Positions 55,801 through 64,000 of a DNA stretch of 64,000 nt are shown here, one piece after another; the first letter of the stretch is position 1; each line of letters begins with the position of its first letter. The position numbers were made by a program, and so were the translations under genes. The stretch spans positions 8,260 to 72,259 of the forward strand of contig JBBSBW010000031.1 of assembly GCA_038250865.1 (NCBI GenBank), written 5' to 3'. The DNA is from Thermoanaerobaculia bacterium (GTDB lineage: Bacteria; Acidobacteriota; Thermoanaerobaculia; Multivoradales; UBA5704). Under the pieces are notes generated by a model that saw nothing but the letters and a program-made list of their open reading frames with translations, searched no databases and had not been told where the DNA came from.

Positions 55801-58769
55801 GACGTCGTCGGCTCCGGGGGATCGATCCGGAACACCGCCCGAAACAGACGGGTCACCTTCGATGATTGGTACCGGCGCTCGTGGTAGTCGTCTCGCCATT
55901 TGCGGTAGACCTCGTCTTCTCTGGAATCCAAGGCGTTCATTCGACTTTCCAGGCTTTCCTGCCGAGACGCGAGATTTTCGATCTCCGCTTCGACCCGCTG
56001 GCGGTCGGTCGCGCCGACCACCTGGTCGCGCCGGGATCGGGCGGCCCGCAGCTTCTCGGTCATGCTTTTCAGCTCTCGGCGGCAGAGGAGAATCTTGTCC
56101 TCGACATACCGCTCGAGCTGCCCCAGGGCCTGTTCGAAATGCTTCTGCTCGCTCCGCTCGATCTCCTGCTGATCGACGAACACTGCCTCGTCCACCGCGT
56201 CGTCGAGACATGCCGGGGCCACGGCAATCTCCAACGCAGGGCAGTCGGCAGCAGGAAGGCGAGCGATCCGGGCGGCCAGTTCGGGATCGATCGGGGCTCC
56301 GTCGATCACGGCCGCCGCGACCAGCTGCTCTACGGGCTCGAAGCCGCCGTAGTCCACGAGCACCACGTCGAGGATTCCGGTCTTGCCCACCAGGCGGGCG
56401 AGATCGGGCGAAGCGTCCGGCATCAACCGCAGGGCGACCGATCCGCCCGGCCACCGGCGAGCGTCCGCGATCGACGCCTGCACCAGTGGATGAGTCAGAT
56501 TCAGAGCTTCGGCGTCGCTCAATTCGCGCGCATCACCGACCGCAAACTTCCGCCCCTCCCCAAACTCGCCAGGCAGCCCCTGTTCAGACAAGACCTCGAA
56601 GACGGCTCGATTTCCCTCGCCGGATCGGCGGTACTCGATCCCGGACGCGGCCAGGTAGCCGTCCACCAGATCGGCGAGATCTCGATCGAGTTGGGCGAGG
56701 GCGGCGGGCAGTTCCTGGCGCAAATGCCGGAACGCCTTCCGTACCTCTTCGTCGAAGCGGGATTCGATGATCTGGGAGGTACGTCTGTACTCTCTCTCGT
56801 AGGCCTCCCGGCGGCCCTCGATCTTGTCGCGCAACGCCGAGATCTCGCGCGTGATCTCTTCGATCGTACGAGAGCGGCTGTAGATGTTCTGGAGGTCGCT
56901 TTGCAGCTCGACGGCCAGGGCCGAGACCGCGATCTCGGGTGCCTCGGTACGCGGCTCGTGCAGAACGGTATCGGACGCATCCAGGACCTTGCCGAAAAGG
57001 TCGAGCTTCCGGCTCAGGATCTCGAACGTCAGTTGCTGCCCCTCGTTGTCCCGGTTGATGAAATTGACCACCGTGACGTCCCGCTTCTGGCTGTATCGAT
57101 GGCAGCGGCCGATGCGCTGCTCGATGCGTTGGGGGTTCCAGGGCAGGTCGTAGTTGATCACCGTCTCGCAGAACTGGAGGTTTAGACCTTTGGCCCCGGC
57201 CTCGGTCGATAGAAAGACTTTGGACCTCGTGCGGAACTCGTGAACCAGGGCCAGCCGCACGGCGACCTCGCGGCTCGGGGGGGTCTGGGGCAAGAGGCGG
57301 GCACCTTCTTCCGCATGCCAACGGGCAAGGGCCTGGCCGGCGCGCTCGTAGTCGTTGACCCCACGAAACAGAGTGATCTCCTCGTCCTCGAGTCCGGCTT
57401 CGAGGAGCAGCTTCCGCAGGTACTCCTGGGTCGTGATCGACTCGGTGAACACGACGGCCTTGCCGCTGCCCCGGCCGTCCCGGCCACGAGCGAGGACAAG
57501 CCGGATCGCCTCCAAGAACGAGCGGGCCTTGGCATCGCTCGGAAGCGAGCGCGCGCGAGCGAGGAGTTCCTCGACGCGGGCGAGTTCCGCCAAGACCGCG
57601 TTGCGATCCAGGGGAGGGGCTGGGTCGTCCAAGAGTGGCTCCGCTCTCTCCTCTTCGTCCTCCAGGTCGCGAAGCATCGCGGCCATCGTTTCGGCACTAC
57701 CCTGGCCCTCTGCCAGACGGCGGAGCCGGGCGGCTACGTTGTCCAGGCTCGCGGCCAAGGCGGGGATCGAGGAAGCCATGCGGCGGTGGAAACCGATGAG
57801 CAGGAGGCGGCGCTGTCGCCCGGCGAAGGCGAACAGCGAAGGCTCGAGAAGATATTCGGTCACATCGTCATAGAGAGCGCGCTCGTCGGTGCTCATCGCG
57901 TACTCGTAGAGACGGCACCGCCTCTGCGTGAACGGGCGGTCGAGAAACTCTTGGGCTTGCCGGCGCAGGGTGCGCTGGAGGACCACAGAGAGGCGCCGCT
58001 GAAGCTCGTGCTCCTGTCCCGGCACGAGGGTCCGGTCGTCCTCGTCGCAGAACACCTTGCGGAACGTCGAGAGGTCTCCCAGCAGCGTGCCGGTCGGTTC
58101 GACATACTGCACCAGGCCCCACAGCTCGGCCAAGGAGTTTTGAATGGGCGTGGCGGTCAGCAGGAGAACCGGTGCCGATCTCAAGAAACCTCGGACGCGG
58201 TGGGCCATCATCGCCTCATCCGAGGCTTCGTCGTAGATGCCGTCGCGGCCGTATCGCTTGTGGAGCCCGGCAAAGATCTCGTGGGCTTCGTCGATCACCA
58301 CCAGGTCGAAGGGGGGTGCGGCCGAAAGAAGCGCCGCGCCGCGCTCGCTTCCCGCAAATTCACGTCCGACCAGGTAGACCCCGGGGTCGAGGAAGCTCGC
58401 CGGGTCCTCACGCGTCTGGATGCCGAAGAGCTGGAGCAGCTCGGCCTGCCACTGGCCGAGGATCGACTTCGGCACGATGAGCAGAATGCGCAGGGCGCCT
58501 TCCGCCCGGCGCTGAGCGATGACGAGGCCAGCCTCGATCGTCTTGCCGAGACCTACCTCGTCCGCGAGAATGCAGCCACCTTCCTGCAAACGCCGGAGCG
58601 CGAAGATCACCGCGTCGATCTGGTGCGGATTGGGATCGATCCGTGCCTGGCGTTGCGCCGCCGCATAACGTTCCCGATCGTCCGGCCGGCGGACGCGGAT
58701 GAGATCCTCGGCGAGGATGCGCCGGTTGAAGGCATGAGTTGATCGCCCGGCGAGTGGCTTGTCTATCAT
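55794..58769 (-). CDS. SNF2-family helicase/translocase with C-terminal coiled coil
   Basis: PHQ, LADEVGLGKT, DEAH, TATP, STEAGAKGLNLQ, YDLPWNP..IEQRIGRCHR; 7-nt overlap with the Mre11-like start. Confidence 0.93.
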   Translation of the reverse strand: MIDKPLAGRSTHAFNRRILAEDLIRVRRPDDRERYAAAQRQARIDPNPHQIDAVIFALRRLQEGGCILADEVGLGKTIEAGLVIAQRRAEGALRILLIVPKSILGQWQAELLQLFGIQTREDPASFLDPGVYLVGREFAGSERGAALLSAAPPFDLVVIDEAHEIFAGLHKRYGRDGIYDEASDEAMMAHRVRGFLRSAPVLLLTATPIQNSLAELWGLVQYVEPTGTLLGDLSTFRKVFCDEDDRTLVPGQEHELQRRLSVVLQRTLRRQAQEFLDRPFTQRRCRLYEYAMSTDERALYDDVTEYLLEPSLFAFAGRQRRLLLIGFHRRMASSIPALAASLDNVAARLRRLAEGQGSAETMAAMLRDLEDEEERAEPLLDDPAPPLDRNAVLAELARVEELLARARSLPSDAKARSFLEAIRLVLARGRDGRGSGKAVVFTESITTQEYLRKLLLEAGLEDEEITLFRGVNDYERAGQALARWHAEEGARLLPQTPPSREVAVRLALVHEFRTRSKVFLSTEAGAKGLNLQFCETVINYDLPWNPQRIEQRIGRCHRYSQKRDVTVVNFINRDNEGQQLTFEILSRKLDLFGKVLDASDTVLHEPRTEAPEIAVSALAVELQSDLQNIYSRSRTIEEITREISALRDKIEGRREAYEREYRRTSQIIESRFDEEVRKAFRHLRQELPAALAQLDRDLADLVDGYLAASGIEYRRSGEGNRAVFEVLSEQGLPGEFGEGRKFAVGDARELSDAEALNLTHPLVQASIADARRWPGGSVALRLMPDASPDLARLVGKTGILDVVLVDYGGFEPVEQLVAAAVIDGAPIDPELAARIARLPAADCPALEIAVAPACLDDAVDEAVFVDQQEIERSEQKHFEQALGQLERYVEDKILLCRRELKSMTEKLRAARSRRDQVVGATDRQRVEAEIENLASRQESLESRMNALDSREDEVYRKWRDDYHERRYQSSKVTRLFRAVFRIDPPEPTTSC

Positions 58770-58861
58770 GAACTTCTCAACGTTACGCTACTCAACGTAA
58801 GGGAGGCAATGACGGTGGAACCTCCACTCGTGACAGCAACGCAATCTCAAAGCGGTCCGCG

Positions 58862-59575
58862 TTAAAGCGAGCGAACTCCGGCCGGCTTCAACCACCCCTC
58901 CAGCCTCTCGATCCAACCGCGAAACAGCGGGCACTCTCGCCGGATGGCGTCCAGGCCGATCGCGAGGACGGCCAAATTTCCCATCAACGGCTTTTGGTAG
59001 CTCGGCACCAGTTGCAGGATCCGCTTGGAGGGTGCGGTGTCGGGGGAGTCATTGATCTCTTCGGGAGTCGCGAACTCGTTACGGATCTCTTGGAATTTGG
59101 GCGCCAGATCGGGCCGGCCGATGCCTTGGCCGAAGCGGGTTGGGTCGCTGAAAAGGAGCCCTTCGAACTCATGCATCATGACGTACGGAACGAAACGGGA
59201 TCGCCCAGGCCCCTCGCCGAGGTGAGCGCCGACATCCGCCAGGAGGGCGCTTTCGACCGCGGCCGCTTTTTCCTCAAACGCCAGCCGCGCCGCCGTAAAG
59301 CGTCCCGGCCATGCCCTATCGCCGGTCTGGGGAAGAGCATAGAAGTCCACCATCGTCGTCGAGAGGCCGCCCGCGTCCTCCTTCAGGTGGCGGAGGATGT
59401 CCTTTCTTACAGCGCTCCATGCCTTGATTCCGCCGCGGCGATCCCGCTGGCGAGAGTTGCCGATCAGCCGAGCCCCGACGCTGGTGTAGCCATGGTTGTA
59501 GAGGTGCGGAGCCAGCGCTTTGTTGACGAAGGTCTCCTCGGTCTCGCCTTCGACATGGATCAGCAAGCGGGACAT
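58862..59575 (-). CDS. DUF4276-family (TOPRIM-like) protein
   Basis: HVEGETEE, MVDFYALP, HEFEGLLFSD, PEEINDSP.TAPSKR and IRRECPLFRGW. Confidence 0.85.
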   Translation of the reverse strand: MSRLLIHVEGETEETFVNKALAPHLYNHGYTSVGARLIGNSRQRDRRGGIKAWSAVRKDILRHLKEDAGGLSTTMVDFYALPQTGDRAWPGRFTAARLAFEEKAAAVESALLADVGAHLGEGPGRSRFVPYVMMHEFEGLLFSDPTRFGQGIGRPDLAPKFQEIRNEFATPEEINDSPDTAPSKRILQLVPSYQKPLMGNLAVLAIGLDAIRRECPLFRGWIERLEGWLKPAGVRSL

Positions 59576-59579
59576 GGGC

Positions 59580-60683
59580 TCACTCGACCCCGGGGCGGCC
59601 GCCCAGCTCGTTCTTTTCCCAAAGCTGGCCCAGGCTGTAATCCTCCAGCCAGGATTCCAGCTTCACGGGGTCCAACCGGGTGAACTGAGTGCCCCCGTCC
59701 ACGCGATCGGCCACCAGCACGTCTTCCGGCTGGAACTGGTCGAGCAGGAACGGGGATTGGGTCGAGACGATCACCTGCGTCTTGATCGAGGCTTGCTTGA
59801 TCAGAGATCCCAATAGTGTGATGGCGTACGGGTGTAGCCCTAACTCCGGTTCGTCCACCAAAATGACCGAGGGGCGATAGAGCTGCGGCTGAAGAAGCAG
59901 GGTCGCCAACGCGATGAAGCGCAAGGTGCCGTCGGAGAGGGCCGAAGCATCGAAGTACGCGTCCGACCCCTTGTGCCGCCACTCCAACCGGATCTTTTCC
60001 GGATTCAGACGTTGTGGCTCTAACTGAAAATCATCAAAGAATGGAGCCGCGAGAGCCACCGTGCGCCGGATCAGGCTGTAGTCGTCCGCGTGCTTCTCTC
60101 TCAGAAAATAGAGGAAGGCGGCCAGGTTCGAGCCGTCGGAGCGAAGGTATCGGTTGTCGTTCACGTCCGCCGTCTTCTTCATCGGCGAGGTCGAGCTGGT
60201 GTCGTGAAAATGGTAAAGGCGCCAGCTGTCGAGGTGTTCGCGGACGTGCTTGGCAATCTTGGCGGAACTTGGTGCGCTGATGCCGGCCTCTTTGCCAACG
60301 CGCGAGACTCCCTCCCACTTGGGGTTCTTATAGGGGAAGAGCCAAAACCCGACCTGTTCGGACTTCGGCACCAACTCGTCAGCATTGGTCGGCTGAAGCT
60401 CGATCCTGTAATGGTTCGTACCGCCCTGGAACGAGACATGAATCTGGACGCTCTTCGTTTCCTTCAAGCCGAAATGCAGCACCTTGTCGGCACCGCCCGC
60501 CCTGAGGACGTAATCCTCCAGATGGCCTTCACGGATGGCGTGGAGAAACGAGAACACCCCGATGAAGTTCGACTTCCCCGAGCCGTTCGGGCCAATCAAC
60601 ACGTTGATCGGCGCGAGCTTCAGCTTCTCGATCGAAGCGATGCTCTTGAAGCCTTTGACGGTGATGGTGTCCAGCTCAGGCAT
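59580..60683 (-). CDS. AAA_21 / ABC-family ATPase
   Basis: Start MPELDT; GPNGSGKSNF, LSDGTLRF, LVDEPELGLHP and STQS. Confidence 0.92.
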   Translation of the reverse strand: MPELDTITVKGFKSIASIEKLKLAPINVLIGPNGSGKSNFIGVFSFLHAIREGHLEDYVLRAGGADKVLHFGLKETKSVQIHVSFQGGTNHYRIELQPTNADELVPKSEQVGFWLFPYKNPKWEGVSRVGKEAGISAPSSAKIAKHVREHLDSWRLYHFHDTSSTSPMKKTADVNDNRYLRSDGSNLAAFLYFLREKHADDYSLIRRTVALAAPFFDDFQLEPQRLNPEKIRLEWRHKGSDAYFDASALSDGTLRFIALATLLLQPQLYRPSVILVDEPELGLHPYAITLLGSLIKQASIKTQVIVSTQSPFLLDQFQPEDVLVADRVDGGTQFTRLDPVKLESWLEDYSLGQLWEKNELGGRPGVE

Positions 60684-60850
60684 GGATCTCTTCTCGTCGA
60701 CTTTCTGGACCGATGGGTTCGGCTGTTCAGCGCGATAGTATGACGTACCTCGCAAGCGGCGTTTGAGCACCACGACCGACCAACGGCCGTGGCAACGAGG
60801 CCTCCCCCGGCGCCGTCGCGGTGCGGAGGTAGAAATCGGCACTACGCTCT

Positions 60851-60885
60851 GGATAGCCGCTATCGGACGGGGATAGCCGCTATCC
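60851..60885. promoter_or_regulatory. Tandem palindromes GGATAGC-C-GCTATC(C), period 20 nt
   Basis: 60851-60864 and 60871-60885, in the divergent intergenic region between the AAA gene and yebC. Confidence 0.5.
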
Positions 60886-61032
60886 ACGGTGAAGAGCCGC
60901 TTGCCGCGGGGGCGAGCGGCTTGGGCCGCGCCTTTACTCTTCGCCCTCGATCGGGCTAGATTGCGGCCCTAGCCAGCCGCCCGGTCCGCCCGGGCTCCCC
61001 CTTCAGATTCTTTTCTCTCCGGATACCGAATC

Positions 61033-61755
61033 ATGGGCCGCATCTTCGAAACTCGAAAACACACGATGTTCGCGCGCTGGGACCGGATGTCCAAGCAGTT
61101 CAACCGGATCGGCAAAGAGATCACGATCGCGGTCAAGGCCGGAGGCACGGATGCGGCCTTGAACCCGATGCTCCGGCGGGTGATCCAGAACGCCCGCGCG
61201 ATCAACATGCCGAAGGAGAAGGTCGATTCGGCGATCAAGCGCGCCTCGGGCCAGGATGCGGCGGTCTACGAAGAGATCGTCTACGAAGGGTACGCGCCGA
61301 ACGGCATCGCGATCCTCGTCGAGACCGCGACCGATAACCCGACCCGCACGGTGGCCAACCTCCGCACCCATTTCAACAAGGGGAACGGCAACCTCGGCAG
61401 CTCCAACAGCGTCGCCTTCCTGTTCAAGAAGATGGGCGTGTTCCGGCTGAATCCCAAAGGCCTCGACGCCGAAGAGCTGGAGCTCGACCTGATCGACCAT
61501 GGCCTCGAAGAGATGGGCGAGACGACCGGCGAAAAGGGCGAGCCCCAGCTGTTGATCCGTGGCGCGTGGAACGACTTCGGCAACCTCCAGAAGGCTCTGG
61601 AAGACCGCGGCATCACGCCGATCTCGGCCGAGGCGGAATTCATCCCGACGACCCCGACGGAGCTGCCCGAGGACAAGGCGACCGAGGTGCTGGCGCTGGT
61701 CGACCGCCTGGAGCAGGACGACGACGTGCAGCGGGTGTTCCACAATCTGGTGTAG
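61033..61755 (+). CDS. yebC: YebC/PmpR-family protein
   Basis: [46 protein letters not shown]. Confidence 0.95.
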   Translation: MGRIFETRKHTMFARWDRMSKQFNRIGKEITIAVKAGGTDAALNPMLRRVIQNARAINMPKEKVDSAIKRASGQDAAVYEEIVYEGYAPNGIAILVETATDNPTRTVANLRTHFNKGNGNLGSSNSVAFLFKKMGVFRLNPKGLDAEELELDLIDHGLEEMGETTGEKGEPQLLIRGAWNDFGNLQKALEDRGITPISAEAEFIPTTPTELPEDKATEVLALVDRLEQDDDVQRVFHNLV

Positions 61756-62208
61756 CTAAGCCGCCTTCCGCCGCTCCGCGTCGCGCCGGGCGATCTCCTC
61801 GGGGGAGACGTCCTCGATGTGGGTGGCGATCCACCACTGGTTGCCGGACGGGTCAATCACGCCGCCATGGCGGTCGCCGTAGAACATGTCTTCCGGTTCG
61901 GCCTGCGATTTCGCTCCGGCGGCGATCGCTTTCGCGTACAGCGCATCGCAATCCTCGACGTAGAGATAGATCGCGCAGGGCAGCGCCGGCCATTGCGGTT
62001 GGGTTCCCGAGAGCATCACGCGCGAATTGCCGATTTGGATCTCGGCATGGCCGATCTCGCCGTTCTCGCGCAGCGAACGGTAGAGGATCTTGGCGTCGAA
62101 CGCGGCTTCGAGGAATGAGAGCATGCGGGCCGGGTCATCCACCACGAGATAGGGGGTGACCGTGTGGTACCCCTCGGGGATCGGTTTGACGGAAGAAGGG
62201 GGGTTCAT
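61756..62208 (-). CDS. VOC/glyoxalase (PhnB-like) protein
   Basis: Start MNPPSS; PEGYHTVTPYL, HAEIQIG, FYGDR.G...DPSGNQW. Confidence 0.9.
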   Translation of the reverse strand: MNPPSSVKPIPEGYHTVTPYLVVDDPARMLSFLEAAFDAKILYRSLRENGEIGHAEIQIGNSRVMLSGTQPQWPALPCAIYLYVEDCDALYAKAIAAGAKSQAEPEDMFYGDRHGGVIDPSGNQWWIATHIEDVSPEEIARRDAERRKAA

Positions 62209-62313
62209 GGCGTGCCTCCAGGAGTGTAAGGGAGCCGGCATCGACGTCCCGAGGCGCATCTTGCCGTGCCGTCGGCGGCTCCGTCTTGGAAAAAAGTCCG
62301 GCGATCCAACCTC

Positions 62314-63048
62314 TCAGCCGCCCGGCTCCGCCAAGCTCACGCTTTCGGCGTAATGGCTTCTCGCCCGGTAGTCGCCGGGCGAGAAGCCCGCGATCTCGCG
62401 GAACTCGGCGTTCAGATGCGGCTGGTCGTAGTAGCCGGAAGAACAGGCGAGATCCGCCAGGCTCTCCTCGGGATCGAGGGCGTGCAAGCGCGCCAGCGTG
62501 CGGCGAAAACGGACGATCCGGGCGAGCACTTTCGGCGGCACCCCGACCTGCTCCTTGAAACGCTCGGTAAGCCGGCTCTTCGACCAGCCAGTCCGTTCTC
62601 GTAATGCGGCGATCGAGACCGCGCCCCCCTGCCGCTCGATCTCCGCGGCGGTCCAGGCGACCGCAGGGTCGGGGGCCAGGGCGGTGATTCCAGCAAGGTT
62701 GGGGAGCGGGCGGCCCAGCAGCGCGTAGGCTCCCGCCGGATAGAGCCGGATCCCGAGCACCGCGCACTCCCCCGGCGGGGCCTCGATCAGATTCGAGCGC
62801 AGCAGGAGTCCCGAAATGCAAACCGTCGAGAAACGCTCCACCCGCTCTCCATCCACCTGGGCGTAACGGGGCCCTAAATGAACGATCAGATCCACCCGCC
62901 CATCGGGAAAGACGCGCTCTCGCGGTAGAACGACGAAGCCTTCGAAGTACCAGAGCGCGTCGACGATTCCCGCGAGGTGAGCCGGCTTCGAACCGGTCAT
63001 CGTCCAACGGCCGAGCGGCGAATCGTGGGTCTGGATTTCGATCGGCAT
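62314..63048 (-). CDS. AraC-family transcriptional regulator
   Basis: N-terminal DUF6597-like region (VFPDGRVDL) and a C-terminal HTH (FKEQVGVPPK, YYDQPHLNAEFR..AG.SP). Confidence 0.88.
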   Translation of the reverse strand: MPIEIQTHDSPLGRWTMTGSKPAHLAGIVDALWYFEGFVVLPRERVFPDGRVDLIVHLGPRYAQVDGERVERFSTVCISGLLLRSNLIEAPPGECAVLGIRLYPAGAYALLGRPLPNLAGITALAPDPAVAWTAAEIERQGGAVSIAALRERTGWSKSRLTERFKEQVGVPPKVLARIVRFRRTLARLHALDPEESLADLACSSGYYDQPHLNAEFREIAGFSPGDYRARSHYAESVSLAEPGG

Positions 63049-63071
63049 CCCCGCGATCCTAGACCGGAATC

Positions 63072-63232
63072 ATCCCGGACCGAAGGAGACGCCCCGACGG
63101 CCAGCACCCGGTTCGGTCGTGGTTGAGGACTGGGGACGTTTGTACCGGAGACCCGTGGATCCCGGACCGAAGGAGACGCCCCGACGGCCAGCACCCGGTT
63201 CGGTCGTGGTTGAGGACTGGGGACGTCTCTAC
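63072..63232 (+). repeat. Two tandem copies (period 87 nt) of the GTAG-type REP-like element
   Basis: Cores at 63085-63145 and 63172-63232 are nearly identical and homologous to 30741 and 30910. Confidence 0.85.
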
Positions 63233-64000
63233 CACAACTTGCGGAAACAGAACCACTGGTAGGGGTCTTCGCGGATGGTGCTCTCCAGCTCCGTCAGGAA
63301 TCGGCCGATCGCGTAGCGGACGTCGGCCTCGCGGTCGTTCGTCCGGGGGACGTGGATCGGCGGACGGACCTCGCTCTTGTATTGCAGGCGGCCGACCCGG
63401 CGGATGAACACCGGCAAAAGGGGAACGCCCGCCGCGCGGGCGAGGCTCGCGGGGCCGATCGGCAGCGGGAAGGGCCGGCCGAACAACTTCCCCGCGGTCG
63501 GCTTGCCCCAACTGCGCGGACGGTCGCCTTGGAGAGCTACGATGTCGCCGTCGCGCAACGCGTCGAGCAACAACATCGAGAGGCTCGGATCGTGATCCGC
63601 AAAATGGGTGAAGTAGCGGCGACCATCCGACTGCTTCTCGATCAATCCGCGGATGAACTCTTGCGCCCGCGGGTCGGTCTCCCCTTCGCGGACGACGTGG
63701 ACCGTTCGGCCGGTCACCGTCGAAGGGACGAACGACCCGGCTTCCCAGCTGCCGTAATGGGCGGTGAGGAGGATGAACCCGCCGGGCGCCTCGGTCACCT
63801 CGCGCCATGAATCCATGCCGGAGATCTCGGTGTGCGGCTGGCGCTTGCCGGCGAGGTTTTCGTAGCGCTCGGTTAGGCACCAGGAGTAGACGTGGATCAG
63901 GCGGAAGATCCGCTTCTGCCGCTCGAACCAGCCGCAGGGGCCCAGGACGGCTTCAAGGTTGCTCGCGATCGCGCGACGGATGTTCAACAAGGTCGTCCCG
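63229..64000 (-). CDS. Lysophospholipid acyltransferase (LpxL/HtrB family), 5' truncated by window edge
   Basis: TAHYGSWE, LQGDR, FGRPFPLPIGPA, P.QWF; the stop lies inside the REP copy. Confidence 0.88.
   Translation of the reverse strand, partial: GTTLLNIRRAIASNLEAVLGPCGWFERQKRIFRLIHVYSWCLTERYENLAGKRQPHTEISGMDSWREVTEAPGGFILLTAHYGSWEAGSFVPSTVTGRTVHVVREGETDPRAQEFIRGLIEKQSDGRRYFTHFADHDPSLSMLLLDALRDGDIVALQGDRPRSWGKPTAGKLFGRPFPLPIGPASLARAAGVPLLPVFIRRVGRLQYKSEVRPPIHVPRTNDREADVRYAIGRFLTELESTIREDPYQWFCFRKLW

Noticed and set aside
63072-63232. Possible CRISPR mini-array
   Set aside because: Only two long units, no unique spacers of CRISPR size, no cas genes; the unit recurs as a dispersed REP-like repeat.

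Overview
High-GC bacterial chromosomal window. The gene repertoire suggests Acidobacteriota (inference). About 50 CDS; I saw no rRNA, tRNA, CRISPR array, integrase or reverse transcriptase. The left part holds envelope and regulatory genes: a BamA/TamA-like fragment, an LtaS-family sulfatase, a wHTH-TPR regulator, AcvB/VirJ x2 + MprF, PAS-GGDEF-EAL and tandem beta-helix proteins. Next is an accessory cluster of two secreted trypsin-like/FGE-type C-lectin-fold paralogs. Their last ~96 coding nt differ almost only at codon positions 1-2, in a pattern explained by an AAC/AAG template. This is the signature of diversity-generating retroelement (DGR) variable regions; the template and RT are not in this window. 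The middle is housekeeping: swivel-first aconitase, a sigma54 two-component system, apaH, dsbD, aminotransferase and ACE-like M2 peptidase. A ~22 kb defence island (38.6-60.7 kb) contains an N6-MTase + PD-(D/E)XK pair, YhcG with in-frame palindromic repeats, a Shango-like triad and an RHS remnant with an AT-richer orphan. It also contains a translationally coupled SNF2 helicase-Mre11-like-Rad50-like operon that I cannot match to a named system, and an AAA_21 + DUF4276 pair. A GTAG-type REP-like repeat family occurs at 30.7-31.0 kb and 63.1-63.2 kb.
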